The notes below the pieces were generated by a model. That model saw only the letters and a program-made list of their open reading frames with translations, made no database searches and was not told where the DNA came from. The position numbers and the translations under genes are program-made. A DNA stretch of 64,000 nucleotides from Fibrobacterales bacterium (GTDB lineage: Bacteria > Fibrobacterota > Fibrobacteria > Fibrobacterales > JAOPTW01), in the NCBI GenBank assembly GCA_051532055.1, contig JAOPTX010000003.1, forward strand, positions 71,356 to 135,355, given 5' to 3'. Within the stretch, counting starts at the first letter, position 1; the number at the start of each line of letters is the position of its first letter. Shown in pieces: positions 11,801-21,465 of this stretch.

Positions 11801-12255
11801 TTAAACTGGTGGACTTGAATACTCAGGAATTTTCTGGTAATTATAAAATGGTTAATATAAATAGTGGAAAATGCGTTGAGGTACAAGGTGGTGCTCAATA
11901 TGATGGTGCAAATGTACAGCAGTATAATTGTAATGGCACCGGCCCGCAAAACTGGGAGTTTACACATCTCGGAGGGGCAGTATATGATATTCGAAATATC
12001 CATGCTGGGAAATTTTTAGATGTTGCCTATGGTGGTAATTCTGATAATGTACAAGTGTGGTGGTCATATCCAACGGGTTCAAGTCAACAGTGGAAAGTGG
12101 AATCCAATGGATACGGTTCATACACTCTTAAACCACTCAGTGATAACGCAGAATGTTTAACAGTACAAAGTTCTGCAACATGGTCTGGTGCGAATATGCA
12201 AAGTGTTAGCTGTAGTTCAAATAATTGGTCACAATTATTTGATATATTAAAATAA
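8812..12255 (+). CDS. Secreted CLCA-like protein: zinc metalloprotease domain, vWA domain, CLCA-type beta domain, two ricin-B lectin domains
   Basis: Signal peptide; HEFMHYVYGLCDQY; MIDAS DISGS and ILTDG; LNDNGIEGDKIAGDGIYS; QxW repeats in NVNSDKCVDV...QKW and NINSGKCVEV...QNW. Confidence 0.8.
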   Translation: MKKKLLASLLLSAIAVTARPTVPVETFNLSVSLWRNPTTAEKLIYETVADEFAKGVYQATNGGAKIGRLNFYENGNTATNTSVMWSERRAPMAYINGYKANGYILFADELVLDDNGTQDPADDTTIKLFDGLDDALDAQKAGMILAHEFMHYVYGLCDQYRGTEDLSEANTPWLPDLNDHASQFTLMSDFMTGIATSEAWANLDVYEDVAEGHRFEGENAQGRVYKKNIGTLQVPEYKGASSWDVLSQDPTLEPALWGTRGPIGTNQWTSLSAFAPLVSELIGAVKFRVDTDLPVGEEPYKAWVGDQIAIELVVDISGSMDNTPASPTKMEQATAAALHLTSQYTIGTVWSGLISFSDILTELHPMTFINDASALSTLQGHVSGLASDNGDTHLFDAAYLGYEKLNNTIFTPSDPLKTAFILTDGKDNNTSGRSVQEVIDIYELNGISAFTFGFGTGIANIDEVPLRAMAEGTGGKFFQGLTSQLELQNAYADAMSIATGKELIVSSEPIPPTGASYNVGSRWSEYEVRMKNTCPSYTTVFEKENVVQTPIQTGDVFKFDVSGDNSELNWTVAVTGCPSITFDVWKNQSNGGVMSRAEIDIDIEVVYPTAAFITASAYDNAPLTGLGVQAKITSPSNVETDIELNDNGIEGDKIAGDGIYSMAWDGYTEDGAYKVEVTYDNDDGLARTTYNKHAFAHGTDLISDPYTEAYDRVVFGSMSVVGVISDDHGDDIISPSDLYATNSVYPSRLDTDGDIDVFKVINYSATDELVIRVTNIGDEFVPEIRVFDETGIVVIAEYNKDNDCTDNGYIIIDIDPAIVSVNAHLYVSVSHSVSDGGLASYDISAGLRNSTDIDAESCPIRGDIEGVFSIVNVNSDKCVDVKAAGTDYGENVQQWDCNGTGAQKWEFIKVDDTYEIKNVNSGLLLDVAWGGSNENVQQWGDVNSSSQRWRVERFADGIISLRPQSDFTECLDVEARSTTSGANIQSYPCNLTAAQQFKLVDLNTQEFSGNYKMVNINSGKCVEVQGGAQYDGANVQQYNCNGTGPQNWEFTHLGGAVYDIRNIHAGKFLDVAYGGNSDNVQVWWSYPTGSSQQWKVESNGYGSYTLKPLSDNAECLTVQSSATWSGANMQSVSCSSNNWSQLFDILK

Positions 12256-12270
12256 TAGAATTATGACTAT

Positions 12271-12301
12271 CTGCTGAGGACACTCTCCTCAGCAGTATTT
12301 T
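12271..12301 (+). terminator. Intrinsic terminator
   Basis: CTGCTGAGGA-cactc-TCCTCAGCAG followed by TATTTT. Confidence 0.75.
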
Positions 12302-12360
12302 ACTTTAGTAACATAAAAATAGGCTATCTTTTAGTTAAGATAGCCACTCTTATTAAAAAT

Positions 12361-13968
12361 ATGAAATCAATATTACTATTACTTTTAGCTTTACTCTTTA
12401 TAAATTGCTCAGATACTGATGGCGATGTAGAGAACCTTACAAACGGGACTCATGACACCGTGTCATCCAATAGCCTACTATTAAACTCTAGTATCTCTAC
12501 TATTGATATCCCAATTTCGTCAAATACTACTATCGGTTTGACTTCTTCTTCAAAATTAACATCTACATCTTCAATAGATACTACTAAAAATAAAATTTCA
12601 AGTTCCACAGCGCATCATAGCTCATCTACTCTGTCCTCATATTCCTCAACTATAAGCAGTAGCCATGATTCATTGTTTCTTTCATCACAAAATATCCTTT
12701 CAAGTTCCCTTTTAAGTAGTGAACTAACCTCTTCATCGATCCTTCCAATTTCTTCAGAAGTAGTTCTCACCTCAAGCTCTGAAATATCATCGTGTAGTTC
12801 TCTTTCATCCTCGATAATAAGCTCTTCGCTATCAAGTTTAATAAGTGAATCTTCTTCCTTAACAAGTTCATCGAGTAGTTCATCGAGTTCTATCGGTGTG
12901 GTTACAGAAACAGCTCCAGAAGCTCACAATGTTTGCATAATAGGAAACCGGGCAGAGGGGGAGGTGCTTCAAGGAACCTATGATTATTATGACCTAGAAA
13001 ATGATATTGAAGGGGCATCACTCTTTAAATGGTATCGTGATGGTCTAGAAATCAGTGGTGCTGTTGATACTTTGTATACTCTGGTTCATGATGATATGGG
13101 AACCATTCTCACCTTTTCTGTTACGCCCATTGCACAGGATGGGAATGTATTAGTAGGAATTGAAGTAACCGTTTCTGATACTATTTATTATGAAAATCAC
13201 GTTATAGAAGGTGGTTTAGTGGATAGTCGTGATAATGAGAGTTATGACATCGTTCATATTGGAAGACAAATATGGATGGCTGAAAACCTTCGTTGGTTAC
13301 CACAGATTGATAGCGCTGAATATGGCTCAGAGCAAACTGGCTATGAGAATCACATGTTTTACTATGTCTATGAATATATTCCAAATGTCTCTTTAACAGA
13401 AAATGATCAAATTGTAGAGGCTCAACAAGCATTAAATTATCAAACCTATGGTGTACTGTATAATTTAAATGCAGCGATGGCTGGTGAGTCAATTACGAGT
13501 AATAATATTATACCTAGCGGAGTTAAGGGAGTTTGCCCTGAGCAGTATCATTTTCCTAGTGATGCAGAGTGGGAAGAATTATCACAATATATTGCTATTA
13601 CTACAGGGGATACAGAACGTTTTGCATTCGGAACCAAAATCACTTGGAATCTACTTGGAGACCATTTAAAAGGAAACAGTGATTTATGGTCAAAATATGC
13701 TAGCGGTAATGATAGTGTGGATAGTAAAGGTAATGATACATTCTACTTTGACGCTTTACCTGGGGGAAAACGGGAATCAAATATGGCAGCATTTTTTGGT
13801 AAAAATAGTAATTCAGAGTATTGGACTTCTGTAATTACCTTGGGCCAAAGTGGTTCGATGAATGAAACCTCTAGAGTATTGGGTCTATACAATTTTTTTA
13901 ACAGAGATAATTTCAATGATCAAAAAAATCATGGATTATCTGTTAGATGTATAAAGAACAGGCCCTAA
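12361..13968 (+). CDS. FISUMP-domain lipoprotein with long Ser-rich linker and Ig-like domain
   Basis: FINC lipobox; DSRDNESYDIVHIGRQIWMAENL, YGVLYN, GVCPEQYHFPSDAEW, SVRCIK. Confidence 0.85.
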   Translation: MKSILLLLLALLFINCSDTDGDVENLTNGTHDTVSSNSLLLNSSISTIDIPISSNTTIGLTSSSKLTSTSSIDTTKNKISSSTAHHSSSTLSSYSSTISSSHDSLFLSSQNILSSSLLSSELTSSSILPISSEVVLTSSSEISSCSSLSSSIISSSLSSLISESSSLTSSSSSSSSSIGVVTETAPEAHNVCIIGNRAEGEVLQGTYDYYDLENDIEGASLFKWYRDGLEISGAVDTLYTLVHDDMGTILTFSVTPIAQDGNVLVGIEVTVSDTIYYENHVIEGGLVDSRDNESYDIVHIGRQIWMAENLRWLPQIDSAEYGSEQTGYENHMFYYVYEYIPNVSLTENDQIVEAQQALNYQTYGVLYNLNAAMAGESITSNNIIPSGVKGVCPEQYHFPSDAEWEELSQYIAITTGDTERFAFGTKITWNLLGDHLKGNSDLWSKYASGNDSVDSKGNDTFYFDALPGGKRESNMAAFFGKNSNSEYWTSVITLGQSGSMNETSRVLGLYNFFNRDNFNDQKNHGLSVRCIKNRP

Positions 13969-13969
13969 A

Positions 13970-16372
13970 TTGAAAAAGATAGCGTGCTTTGTTTTACTTT
14001 TTTTTACAATATTGGTATCTGCCCCTAAAATCAATGTGGGTAACATTAACTTAGAAGACTTTCCTAGGATTTGTATAGAGGTTCAAGTTGTAGACACCCT
14101 GGCAACACCTCATGTATATTTTCCGAACCTAGATAGCACATCCTTTACCGTATGGGAAAAAAATAGAGTATTAGGTACAACATTAGTAAGCCCATCTAAT
14201 ATACAGCAGCCATTTGATATCAGAAGAGTGGGGTATGGTAACAATATCATGTTTGCCATAACTGGTGGGGCAGTTTTTGACCCATCTTGGCCTGAAGTTA
14301 AAGGTGCATTTGATAGATTTGTAGCTTCTATGGATGGATATGATAAAACAGGAATTCTTAGTTTCGGTAGAATACAGCCGAGGACAAATGGACCGGAATG
14401 GGTTGATACTATTGTAGATTTAACATCAGATAAATATGTTTTAGACAGCGTCTTAGATAATGCAGGCTCTATTTTACTTGGAGGGTATCATCCTCTTCTC
14501 AATGCGCTTTTTTACAGTTACCATATGCTCAAATTGCAAGCTGGCCCTAAAGCAGTAATCGCTTTAACAAGTATTCAAACTGTAGGTAGAGTTAATATAC
14601 ATTCATTCAATGAGCTTATTGATACCGCTTCTGTGTATGATATCGATACATATATGATCTCTACTGAAGGATCAATAGTGGATCCGGTGATTAATAGTCA
14701 AGATATTATAGATTCAACACTCTATATTTCTGATAGTTTAGGAGGTACAACTTTTGATGTGTCTACAAATATTGGCCAACGTCTTGATAGTGCTTTTCAA
14801 GAAGTGAGAAATAGGCTCAATGCCCAGTATAGTATTTGTTATGTGACAGAGGATACTATTATGAATGGAGATACTTATGATATTGCTGTTGGTATAGATT
14901 TACAAACGGGAGTATCGCATAAAGATAGTAGTTTTTGGATTGAAGATAATCTTTCACCAGTGGTTACGTTATCAGATAGTACTGAAAATCTATTAAGCGA
15001 AAATGTACCTGATAATGCAACGCTGACGGTGTTTGTGGATGTTGTAGATGATGGAAGTGTTAGTGAAGTATTACTTTTTTATAGAACAACAGGTACCAGT
15101 ACGTATACTCAAACAACAATGCGTTTATTTGGAGGAGATACTTATTATACTCGTATTCATCCTAATTCACTTTCAGCACCCGGCCTTGATTTTTACATAA
15201 TAGCCATCGATGACAAACGTTTAAAAGGAAAGTCACCGAGAAAACACTATCCTCAAATCTATCCCCACCATCTCTCAATAGGGAATACTCCCGCTACTGT
15301 TACACTTAATTTGGATGATTGTGCAGGAAACAATAGAGCACAAGTAATTGGCACAGTACTTGATCCTGAAGGATCGGATAAAATAGTGTTACACCATAAA
15401 CAATTTGGTGAGTCATATTTTTCTAATGATACCTTATCGGTTACCGCAAATACCTTTTCAGGATACTTTGAATATCATACGATGGCACCGTTCTTTGAAT
15501 ATTATCTTCATAGTATCGATGGGGCAGGTGGAATAACCCGCTATCCTTCAACAGGGGAATTATCGGATGTTGGTTGCACCGTACAAGGGAGTTCAAGTAG
15601 TAATCTAACCAGCTCATCAGTTGTTTCTAGTTCATCTATAATTGTTGTGAGCTCAAGTAGTGTCAGACAACCGCTCTCAAGTTCGCTAATGTCCTCTTCG
15701 TTAATTACCTTAAGTAGTTCTAGGTACTCAAGTTCTAGTTATATAGATCCATTATCAAGTAAAGAACCGAGCTCTTCTCAGCAAGTCAGTAGTTCATTGA
15801 AAGGTGGCTTGTCATCAAGTCTCAGTCTCTTTAACAGTTCATCCACAATTTTGAATCCTATAGAGGTGAGTTCTTCAGTTATAGCTGACCCTCAATCAAG
15901 TACCGTATCAGTTGCTTCATCTGCGGGCCTACAGGTTTCAGGGGCTGAAAGCGGAGCAACGGAAGGGAAGAGTAGCTCTTCTTATACTTCTGGTAGTTCT
16001 ATCCCAATTACGGTACCACAAGTCTCAATAGTACCAATTCAGATAATTGCAGATGGAACTCCTTTTTATGTACCAGAACTGTCTTCTGAATATCTTACAG
16101 GCACTGCTCTGGAAATTACATCTCTTGTTCAGGATTATACTGTGAGTGCCTGGGTGTTTGACTCTTTTGGCAATTATATTACGAACATTGAATTAGCTGT
16201 TGCAGAACCCCCCAAGGAAAGGCTGCAGGGCAAACAATATCTTTATTGGGGACTTACCGATGGCCAAGATCATAAAGTGGCTACAGGTGTCTATATCTGG
16301 AAAATCAAGGTTAAATTTGGTGATGGCAGGGTAGAGCGGTTTATGGCTAAAACTGGTGTATTGAGAAAATAG
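13970..16372 (+). CDS. Secreted protein with degenerate vWA-like domain, Ig-like domains, Ser-rich linker and FlgD-like C-terminal domain
   Basis: Signal peptide; vWA-like topology (DKTGILSF, KAVIALT, GGTTF, LNAQYSICY) without an intact DxSxS; C-terminal WGLTDGQDHKVATGVYIW. Confidence 0.6.
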   Translation: MKKIACFVLLFFTILVSAPKINVGNINLEDFPRICIEVQVVDTLATPHVYFPNLDSTSFTVWEKNRVLGTTLVSPSNIQQPFDIRRVGYGNNIMFAITGGAVFDPSWPEVKGAFDRFVASMDGYDKTGILSFGRIQPRTNGPEWVDTIVDLTSDKYVLDSVLDNAGSILLGGYHPLLNALFYSYHMLKLQAGPKAVIALTSIQTVGRVNIHSFNELIDTASVYDIDTYMISTEGSIVDPVINSQDIIDSTLYISDSLGGTTFDVSTNIGQRLDSAFQEVRNRLNAQYSICYVTEDTIMNGDTYDIAVGIDLQTGVSHKDSSFWIEDNLSPVVTLSDSTENLLSENVPDNATLTVFVDVVDDGSVSEVLLFYRTTGTSTYTQTTMRLFGGDTYYTRIHPNSLSAPGLDFYIIAIDDKRLKGKSPRKHYPQIYPHHLSIGNTPATVTLNLDDCAGNNRAQVIGTVLDPEGSDKIVLHHKQFGESYFSNDTLSVTANTFSGYFEYHTMAPFFEYYLHSIDGAGGITRYPSTGELSDVGCTVQGSSSSNLTSSSVVSSSSIIVVSSSSVRQPLSSSLMSSSLITLSSSRYSSSSYIDPLSSKEPSSSQQVSSSLKGGLSSSLSLFNSSSTILNPIEVSSSVIADPQSSTVSVASSAGLQVSGAESGATEGKSSSSYTSGSSIPITVPQVSIVPIQIIADGTPFYVPELSSEYLTGTALEITSLVQDYTVSAWVFDSFGNYITNIELAVAEPPKERLQGKQYLYWGLTDGQDHKVATGVYIWKIKVKFGDGRVERFMAKTGVLRK

Positions 16373-16377
16373 CATAT

Positions 16378-16406
16378 GAAAAGGCTGTAGTACCTTTTCT
16401 CTTTTG
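16378..16406. terminator. Possible bidirectional terminator between convergent genes
   Basis: GAAAAGG-ctgtagta-CCTTTTC followed by TCTTTT. Confidence 0.45.
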
Positions 16407-16412
16407 GGAGGC

Positions 16413-17630
16413 CTACACAAACTGCCCGGCAGCAAACCCAGATGACCAAGCCCACTGGAGATTAAATCCACCCAGATGTCCAGTTACATCAACTACTTCA
16501 CCAATAAAATAGAGTCCCGATTGTTTTTTACTTTCCATAGTTTTGGATGATAGTTCATTTGTGTCGACACCACCACGCGTCACTTCTGCCGTGCGATACC
16601 CCTCAGTGCCACAAGGTTTCAGCACCCAGTGGTTAAGGTGGTTGCCAAGAGTTTCGAGTACAGAATCTGGAATTTGTGCAATCGGTTGTTCTTTCCATTC
16701 ATACCAGAAAAAAGATTCCAACTCACCGACCATTTTCTTTGTGAGACTTTTTGTGAGTAGATTTCGTACAAGGGTTTTTGGGGTACTCTTTTTGGCTTCT
16801 ATTAACCAATAACTCATAGACGTATCGGGGAAGAGGTTCATATAGATGTCTTCACCAGGTGACCAGTAATTTGATACTTGAAGTGAAACAGGGCCACTCA
16901 GACCACGATGGGTAAAGAGGACGTTCTCTCTAAAACTTATTGAGTCAGTACCCATAACTACATCAAGGGCAAAACCTGAGACGTTCGAGAAAAGCTCTTT
17001 TAATTTATCCGAAAACATGAAAGGAACGAGCCCAGCTTGAAGGGGGGTGACTGCTAAACCAAATTGTTTGGCTATAGTATGCCCGTAATCACAGGCGCCC
17101 ACTCCTGGTATTGAAAGACCACCTGTAGCTATAACAACAGACTGTGTAGTGAAATCACCTTCTACTGTTTCGATTCGATACTGCGGTCTATCTGCCTCAG
17201 TTTCAGGAAGTGATTCGATTGCAGTTACTTCATATTTACAGGCAATTTCTACACCGGCTGATTGACAAAGGTCAATTAAGAGGTTAGAGATATCTTTTGC
17301 AGACACTGTACAGAAAAGCTGGCCGTGCAGTCGTTCTTCATAGGGGATACTATTCTTTTCGATGAGTTCTAAAAAGTCATATTGAGTGTAACGTTTAAGA
17401 GCGGATTTACAAAAATGCTCATTATTAGATACAAAGTTTGATGGCTCGGCAAACAGATTCGTGAAGTTACATTTGCCACCACCCGACATTAAAATCTTCC
17501 GGCCAGGCTTTTTACCTTTGTCCAAAATAAGTACACTCCGGCCGCGTTTTCCTGCTTCCCAGGCACACATAAGGCCCGCTGCTCCTGCACCTACAATTAT
17601 AACGTCATACTGATCCAACTCACTCTCCAT
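16413..17630 (-). CDS. NAD(P)/FAD-dependent oxidoreductase, HI0933/YhiN (BaiN-like) family
   Basis: GAGAAG, GRKILMSGGGKCNFTN, ATGGLS, LFTHRGLSGP, AEVTRGGV, GEVVDVTGHLGGFNLQWAWSSG. Confidence 0.92.
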   Translation of the reverse strand: MESELDQYDVIIVGAGAAGLMCAWEAGKRGRSVLILDKGKKPGRKILMSGGGKCNFTNLFAEPSNFVSNNEHFCKSALKRYTQYDFLELIEKNSIPYEERLHGQLFCTVSAKDISNLLIDLCQSAGVEIACKYEVTAIESLPETEADRPQYRIETVEGDFTTQSVVIATGGLSIPGVGACDYGHTIAKQFGLAVTPLQAGLVPFMFSDKLKELFSNVSGFALDVVMGTDSISFRENVLFTHRGLSGPVSLQVSNYWSPGEDIYMNLFPDTSMSYWLIEAKKSTPKTLVRNLLTKSLTKKMVGELESFFWYEWKEQPIAQIPDSVLETLGNHLNHWVLKPCGTEGYRTAEVTRGGVDTNELSSKTMESKKQSGLYFIGEVVDVTGHLGGFNLQWAWSSGFAAGQFV

Positions 17631-17723
17631 GGCAATGATTGCTTTGTAATCGCCAAAAATAGCTTTTTCAGCTAAAAATAGCGAGTGAGATTGCTTTCAG
17701 AAGGGGAATGAGGTTGCGAGTAC

Positions 17724-17758
17724 AAAAAAGGCCACTCACTGAATAGTAAGTGGCCTTT
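17724..17758 (-). terminator. Intrinsic terminator of the M6 protease gene
   Basis: AAAGGCCACT...AGTGGCCTTT stem with 6-T tail on the minus strand. Confidence 0.75.
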
Positions 17759-17821
17759 AAACTCCTTTATGGTAAAGGAATGTTCCTGGCTATAGGAATG
17801 GAATACAATATTTAAGCCAGA

Positions 17822-20800
17822 CTAAATCTCCTCAACTACTACGTTGTCAATGACAACATCGGCACTATTAACACCAAGATTAAACACAATACGAGCATTC
17901 ATATCTGTTTGGTTCATAGTAAATTCATAGCTATAGGTAGACATAGTTTCTGAAATGGAGGTTGCTGGGATTGAACCATAGTTTGTCCATGGTGACCCGT
18001 CAGTTTCTAGGTGTGCAGTAATCGAACGGCTGGTTGCTGCACGAGCATCAAAACTGAAGCGGTAGCTCTTACCAGACTCAAGTGGTATGCCACCCTGTCT
18101 AAACTGTACGTTCCAATCAGATGAACCACCTTGAGATATTACAATAGAACATTCCTCACTGGTTACTGAAGTATATGCGCTGCCACCCTCGTAGTTGTCT
18201 AATACCCAACTCGTTGTTGTATTACTGAAGTCACCGTTTGTTACTAAGTTAACCGAAGGATTATCATCAAGTACTGTTAATGATGCTGTTGCTTCAAAAC
18301 CTCCATAACTCATGGTCATAGTGAACGACCCAACTTCTGTCGCACTAAACTGAGTATATTTAAACCATCCACCACCTGTTGTAGTAAAGTTAGGGAGGCC
18401 AATTGACATGCTATTACCATACTGATCGATACCACGATACTGTACACTTGCACCATTATCAACAATAACTGTTATAGGGTCAACTTCAATTCCTGTTAAT
18501 ACAGGAGGCTCTTCAGCAACTTCAATGAGAACTACATTTCCAATAGTAACATCAGCATTGTTGTTACCAACATTAAACACAATTCTTGCATTCATATCAG
18601 TCTCGTTCATAGTGAATTCTTGAACAAAATGCTGCATTGATGTTGAAAGTGCAAAAGGAGATGTATTAGAGTAATTAGTCCATGGTGAACCATCGGTCTC
18701 TAGTGCTGCATCTATTGTACGAGCAGCTGTTGCGCGGGCATCAAAGCTCATTCGATAGGTTTTACCTGATTCAAGAGGAATTGCACCTTGTTTAAACTGT
18801 ACATGCCATGCTTCGGTACCGCCATCATTAATACCTAAAACAACACCTTCTGAGTTTGTTCCGGTTGAACCAGAAGCTGTGCCAGCCCAATCTGCATCCC
18901 AATGTGTAACACCCATGTTAAAGTTACCATTTGTAATCATATTAGTCGCTGACCCATCATTCTCTACAGTGATTTGAGCAGTAGCTGTTAGGCCGCCATA
19001 GTTCATAGTAAGGTTCCATGCACCTGCTTCTTCTGCATTAAATGTTGAGTATGAAAAAGTACCACCACCATTTACACTGAAAGCAGGTTGACCAATAGTC
19101 ATTAGATTACCATTTTGATCATAGCCACGATATGAAAGAGGGGCAGATGTACCAACTTGGAGAGTGAGATCGTCAACTTCAATTGATGTCAGTATCGGAC
19201 TTTCATCTTCAGTGAGCTCAATGAGTGAAACATTATCCAGATATACATTTCCGCTGTTGCCACCTACGTTAAAAACGATACGAGCATTAAGGTCTGTTTC
19301 ATCCATGATAAAATCATGCACATATGTTTTTTTATTATAGTCAGTATCAAAGAGTGTTGTTTTTGAATAGTTTGTCCATGGGGACCCATCTGTTTCAAGT
19401 TGTACAGCAATAGTACGCTCTCCAGCACTTGAGGCTGTGAAAGCAAGACGATATTGTTTGCCACTTTCTAATGAAATTGCGCCTTGTTTGAACTGTACAT
19501 TCCATTCTTCTGTACCACCATTAGTAATAGATAGAGTTGCACTTTCACCAGATACGGTGAATGTAGCAGCTGCATCACCAGCATTTTCAAGAGTCCATGC
19601 TGTTGTTGCTTGACTATAGTCGCCATTAGTAATTTTATTAAGAGGTGAGGCAACCGCAAAATCAAAACTCATTACATCAGCTATTTGAGAAACGCTTGAG
19701 ATTGTGAGTTCTGAATAATCACCATTCCACCAACGTGCTTCAGGAGATGTTTTTGCAGAAAAACTGGCATTGTTACCTTCAAAGAAAAAGTCATTAACGC
19801 CACCTGAGCTTTGATTATTTTCAAGTTGATACAGACCATCGGCTTGTACTACAGATACTCTGAAATGTTTGTTTACCCAGCGTTCATTAGCACTATTATT
19901 ACCATATTCATCAATATGCCAAATAAGAAGACCTTCACCAGGCATTGTAAGATGTCGGTTTTCTTTTTTTCGAGCTTCGATATAATATCGTTCTTGTGCG
20001 CGAGCAGCATTTTGATAGATAAAAATATCAGCATCATTGTTTGCTGTTACTGAATAGTCACCTTGATTATCTTGGGTTAATGCTTGAGGAGAAAACCAGC
20101 CTTCTTTATGTCTGAAGTATGGGTTCGGATATTTAGGATTTGTAGAGCCACTAGAAGACATTAAGTCAAATGCGCCTGTTCCTCTTGAATCATAATCATA
20201 ATCGTATGTATCAGGCCAGCTAAAAAGCATGTGACCGTTTTCGTGACAAAAGGTACCAAGAGTTAAATATGACTTCATATCAGTAATTTGGTAATCTTTT
20301 GATGAAACACCGTCGGCAGAAAATCCACTGACACTTGATCGGTGTGGCCATAAGCCTTTACTCCATCCTGAAGAGCGGTTCCCCGCATAAAACAAGTTGA
20401 TTGCATCAATATAGTTATTATTGTCAGAGTCAAATTGTGAGAACTCTAAGCCAACGACATCACGAAGATGTACGAGCGCTTCTAATATGAGCTCTCTCGC
20501 AGCAGAACCATATGGTTTTTCTGGATCATCGTAATAGGTTTTAGGGTGTATTGCTCTATAATAAGCAGTAACAACATTTGTATAGTTTACATTCCCGTTT
20601 GAAATATCCCAGAAAAAGTCATTTACTGACCCATTATTATTGTTTTCTGAGTATCCTTGAAGGTTGAGGAAGTCGCTCACATCAGATTGTGGTATAGTTC
20701 CTTCGTCATCACTAAAGTCTACTAATATAGTGAGACCTAGAATGTTTCCTGAGAGACCTGCTGGCGATATTGCCATTTGGGTTACAGGACTACTTCCACT

Positions 20801-21223
20801 GACTGAACTAGCCGAAAATTGTATATCATTTTCCATTCTTGTCTTGTTTGCTTTATTTCTCCGAGCTTTTTTATCAAGTTTGAGCCTTTTACGAAGTGCT
20901 TTCCCTTTTTTGTTTTTGTGAATTTTTTTGGCTTTTCTCAAAGCTTTAAATTCAGAAACAGTATAGCGTTCATTTGTTGCAACAAAATCGCTGCCGTTTT
21001 CAGCAACATCTGCATATACAATCCAACCATCAGTATCTCTGATGAGTGTATAGCCATCTATACTTTCTACACGCTGATAGAATTCATCCCCCCATACCTT
21101 TACGGGTACTAGTGAACCATCTGGTTGTTTAAAGTTAAATTGTTGTCCGTCTATGGGAGCTGAGATTGCCAAAACTGCAGTGAACAGTAGCAAGCAGAGT
21201 GCTCTAAAGCCTATTTTTTTCAT
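17822..21223 (-). CDS. Secreted M6-family (immune inhibitor A-like) metalloprotease with three CBM4/9-like domains
   Basis: Propeptide QPDG...GDEF; ILVDFSD; HENGHMLFSWPDTYD; GLLIWHIDE; three repeats NxxTNGDF...WNVQFxQGxIxLESGKxYRxxFxA...NARIVFN. Confidence 0.85.
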   Translation of the reverse strand: MKKIGFRALCLLLFTAVLAISAPIDGQQFNFKQPDGSLVPVKVWGDEFYQRVESIDGYTLIRDTDGWIVYADVAENGSDFVATNERYTVSEFKALRKAKKIHKNKKGKALRKRLKLDKKARRNKANKTRMENDIQFSASSVSGSSPVTQMAISPAGLSGNILGLTILVDFSDDEGTIPQSDVSDFLNLQGYSENNNNGSVNDFFWDISNGNVNYTNVVTAYYRAIHPKTYYDDPEKPYGSAARELILEALVHLRDVVGLEFSQFDSDNNNYIDAINLFYAGNRSSGWSKGLWPHRSSVSGFSADGVSSKDYQITDMKSYLTLGTFCHENGHMLFSWPDTYDYDYDSRGTGAFDLMSSSGSTNPKYPNPYFRHKEGWFSPQALTQDNQGDYSVTANNDADIFIYQNAARAQERYYIEARKKENRHLTMPGEGLLIWHIDEYGNNSANERWVNKHFRVSVVQADGLYQLENNQSSGGVNDFFFEGNNASFSAKTSPEARWWNGDYSELTISSVSQIADVMSFDFAVASPLNKITNGDYSQATTAWTLENAGDAAATFTVSGESATLSITNGGTEEWNVQFKQGAISLESGKQYRLAFTASSAGERTIAVQLETDGSPWTNYSKTTLFDTDYNKKTYVHDFIMDETDLNARIVFNVGGNSGNVYLDNVSLIELTEDESPILTSIEVDDLTLQVGTSAPLSYRGYDQNGNLMTIGQPAFSVNGGGTFSYSTFNAEEAGAWNLTMNYGGLTATAQITVENDGSATNMITNGNFNMGVTHWDADWAGTASGSTGTNSEGVVLGINDGGTEAWHVQFKQGAIPLESGKTYRMSFDARATAARTIDAALETDGSPWTNYSNTSPFALSTSMQHFVQEFTMNETDMNARIVFNVGNNNADVTIGNVVLIEVAEEPPVLTGIEVDPITVIVDNGASVQYRGIDQYGNSMSIGLPNFTTTGGGWFKYTQFSATEVGSFTMTMSYGGFEATASLTVLDDNPSVNLVTNGDFSNTTTSWVLDNYEGGSAYTSVTSEECSIVISQGGSSDWNVQFRQGGIPLESGKSYRFSFDARAATSRSITAHLETDGSPWTNYGSIPATSISETMSTYSYEFTMNQTDMNARIVFNLGVNSADVVIDNVVVEEI

Positions 21224-21465
21224 TTAATCCTCGTTATTTTAGTGTTATGCGGGCATAAATGTAGGTTGTGGCCATGAATTGTTCCAGTTGTGATCAAATA
21301 ACAACTAAGAAAGCGTACCGAAAACGTACTCATTTTTAAACAGGATGTACTTATTGTCATTATTGATACCTATCTGAAGCTTAGTGTCCTCTGGTGATCT
21401 ATTGACTCGTACAAACTTGAATTATATTTAGCGAGCACCTCCTTCAACACTGGGACACACGAGGG

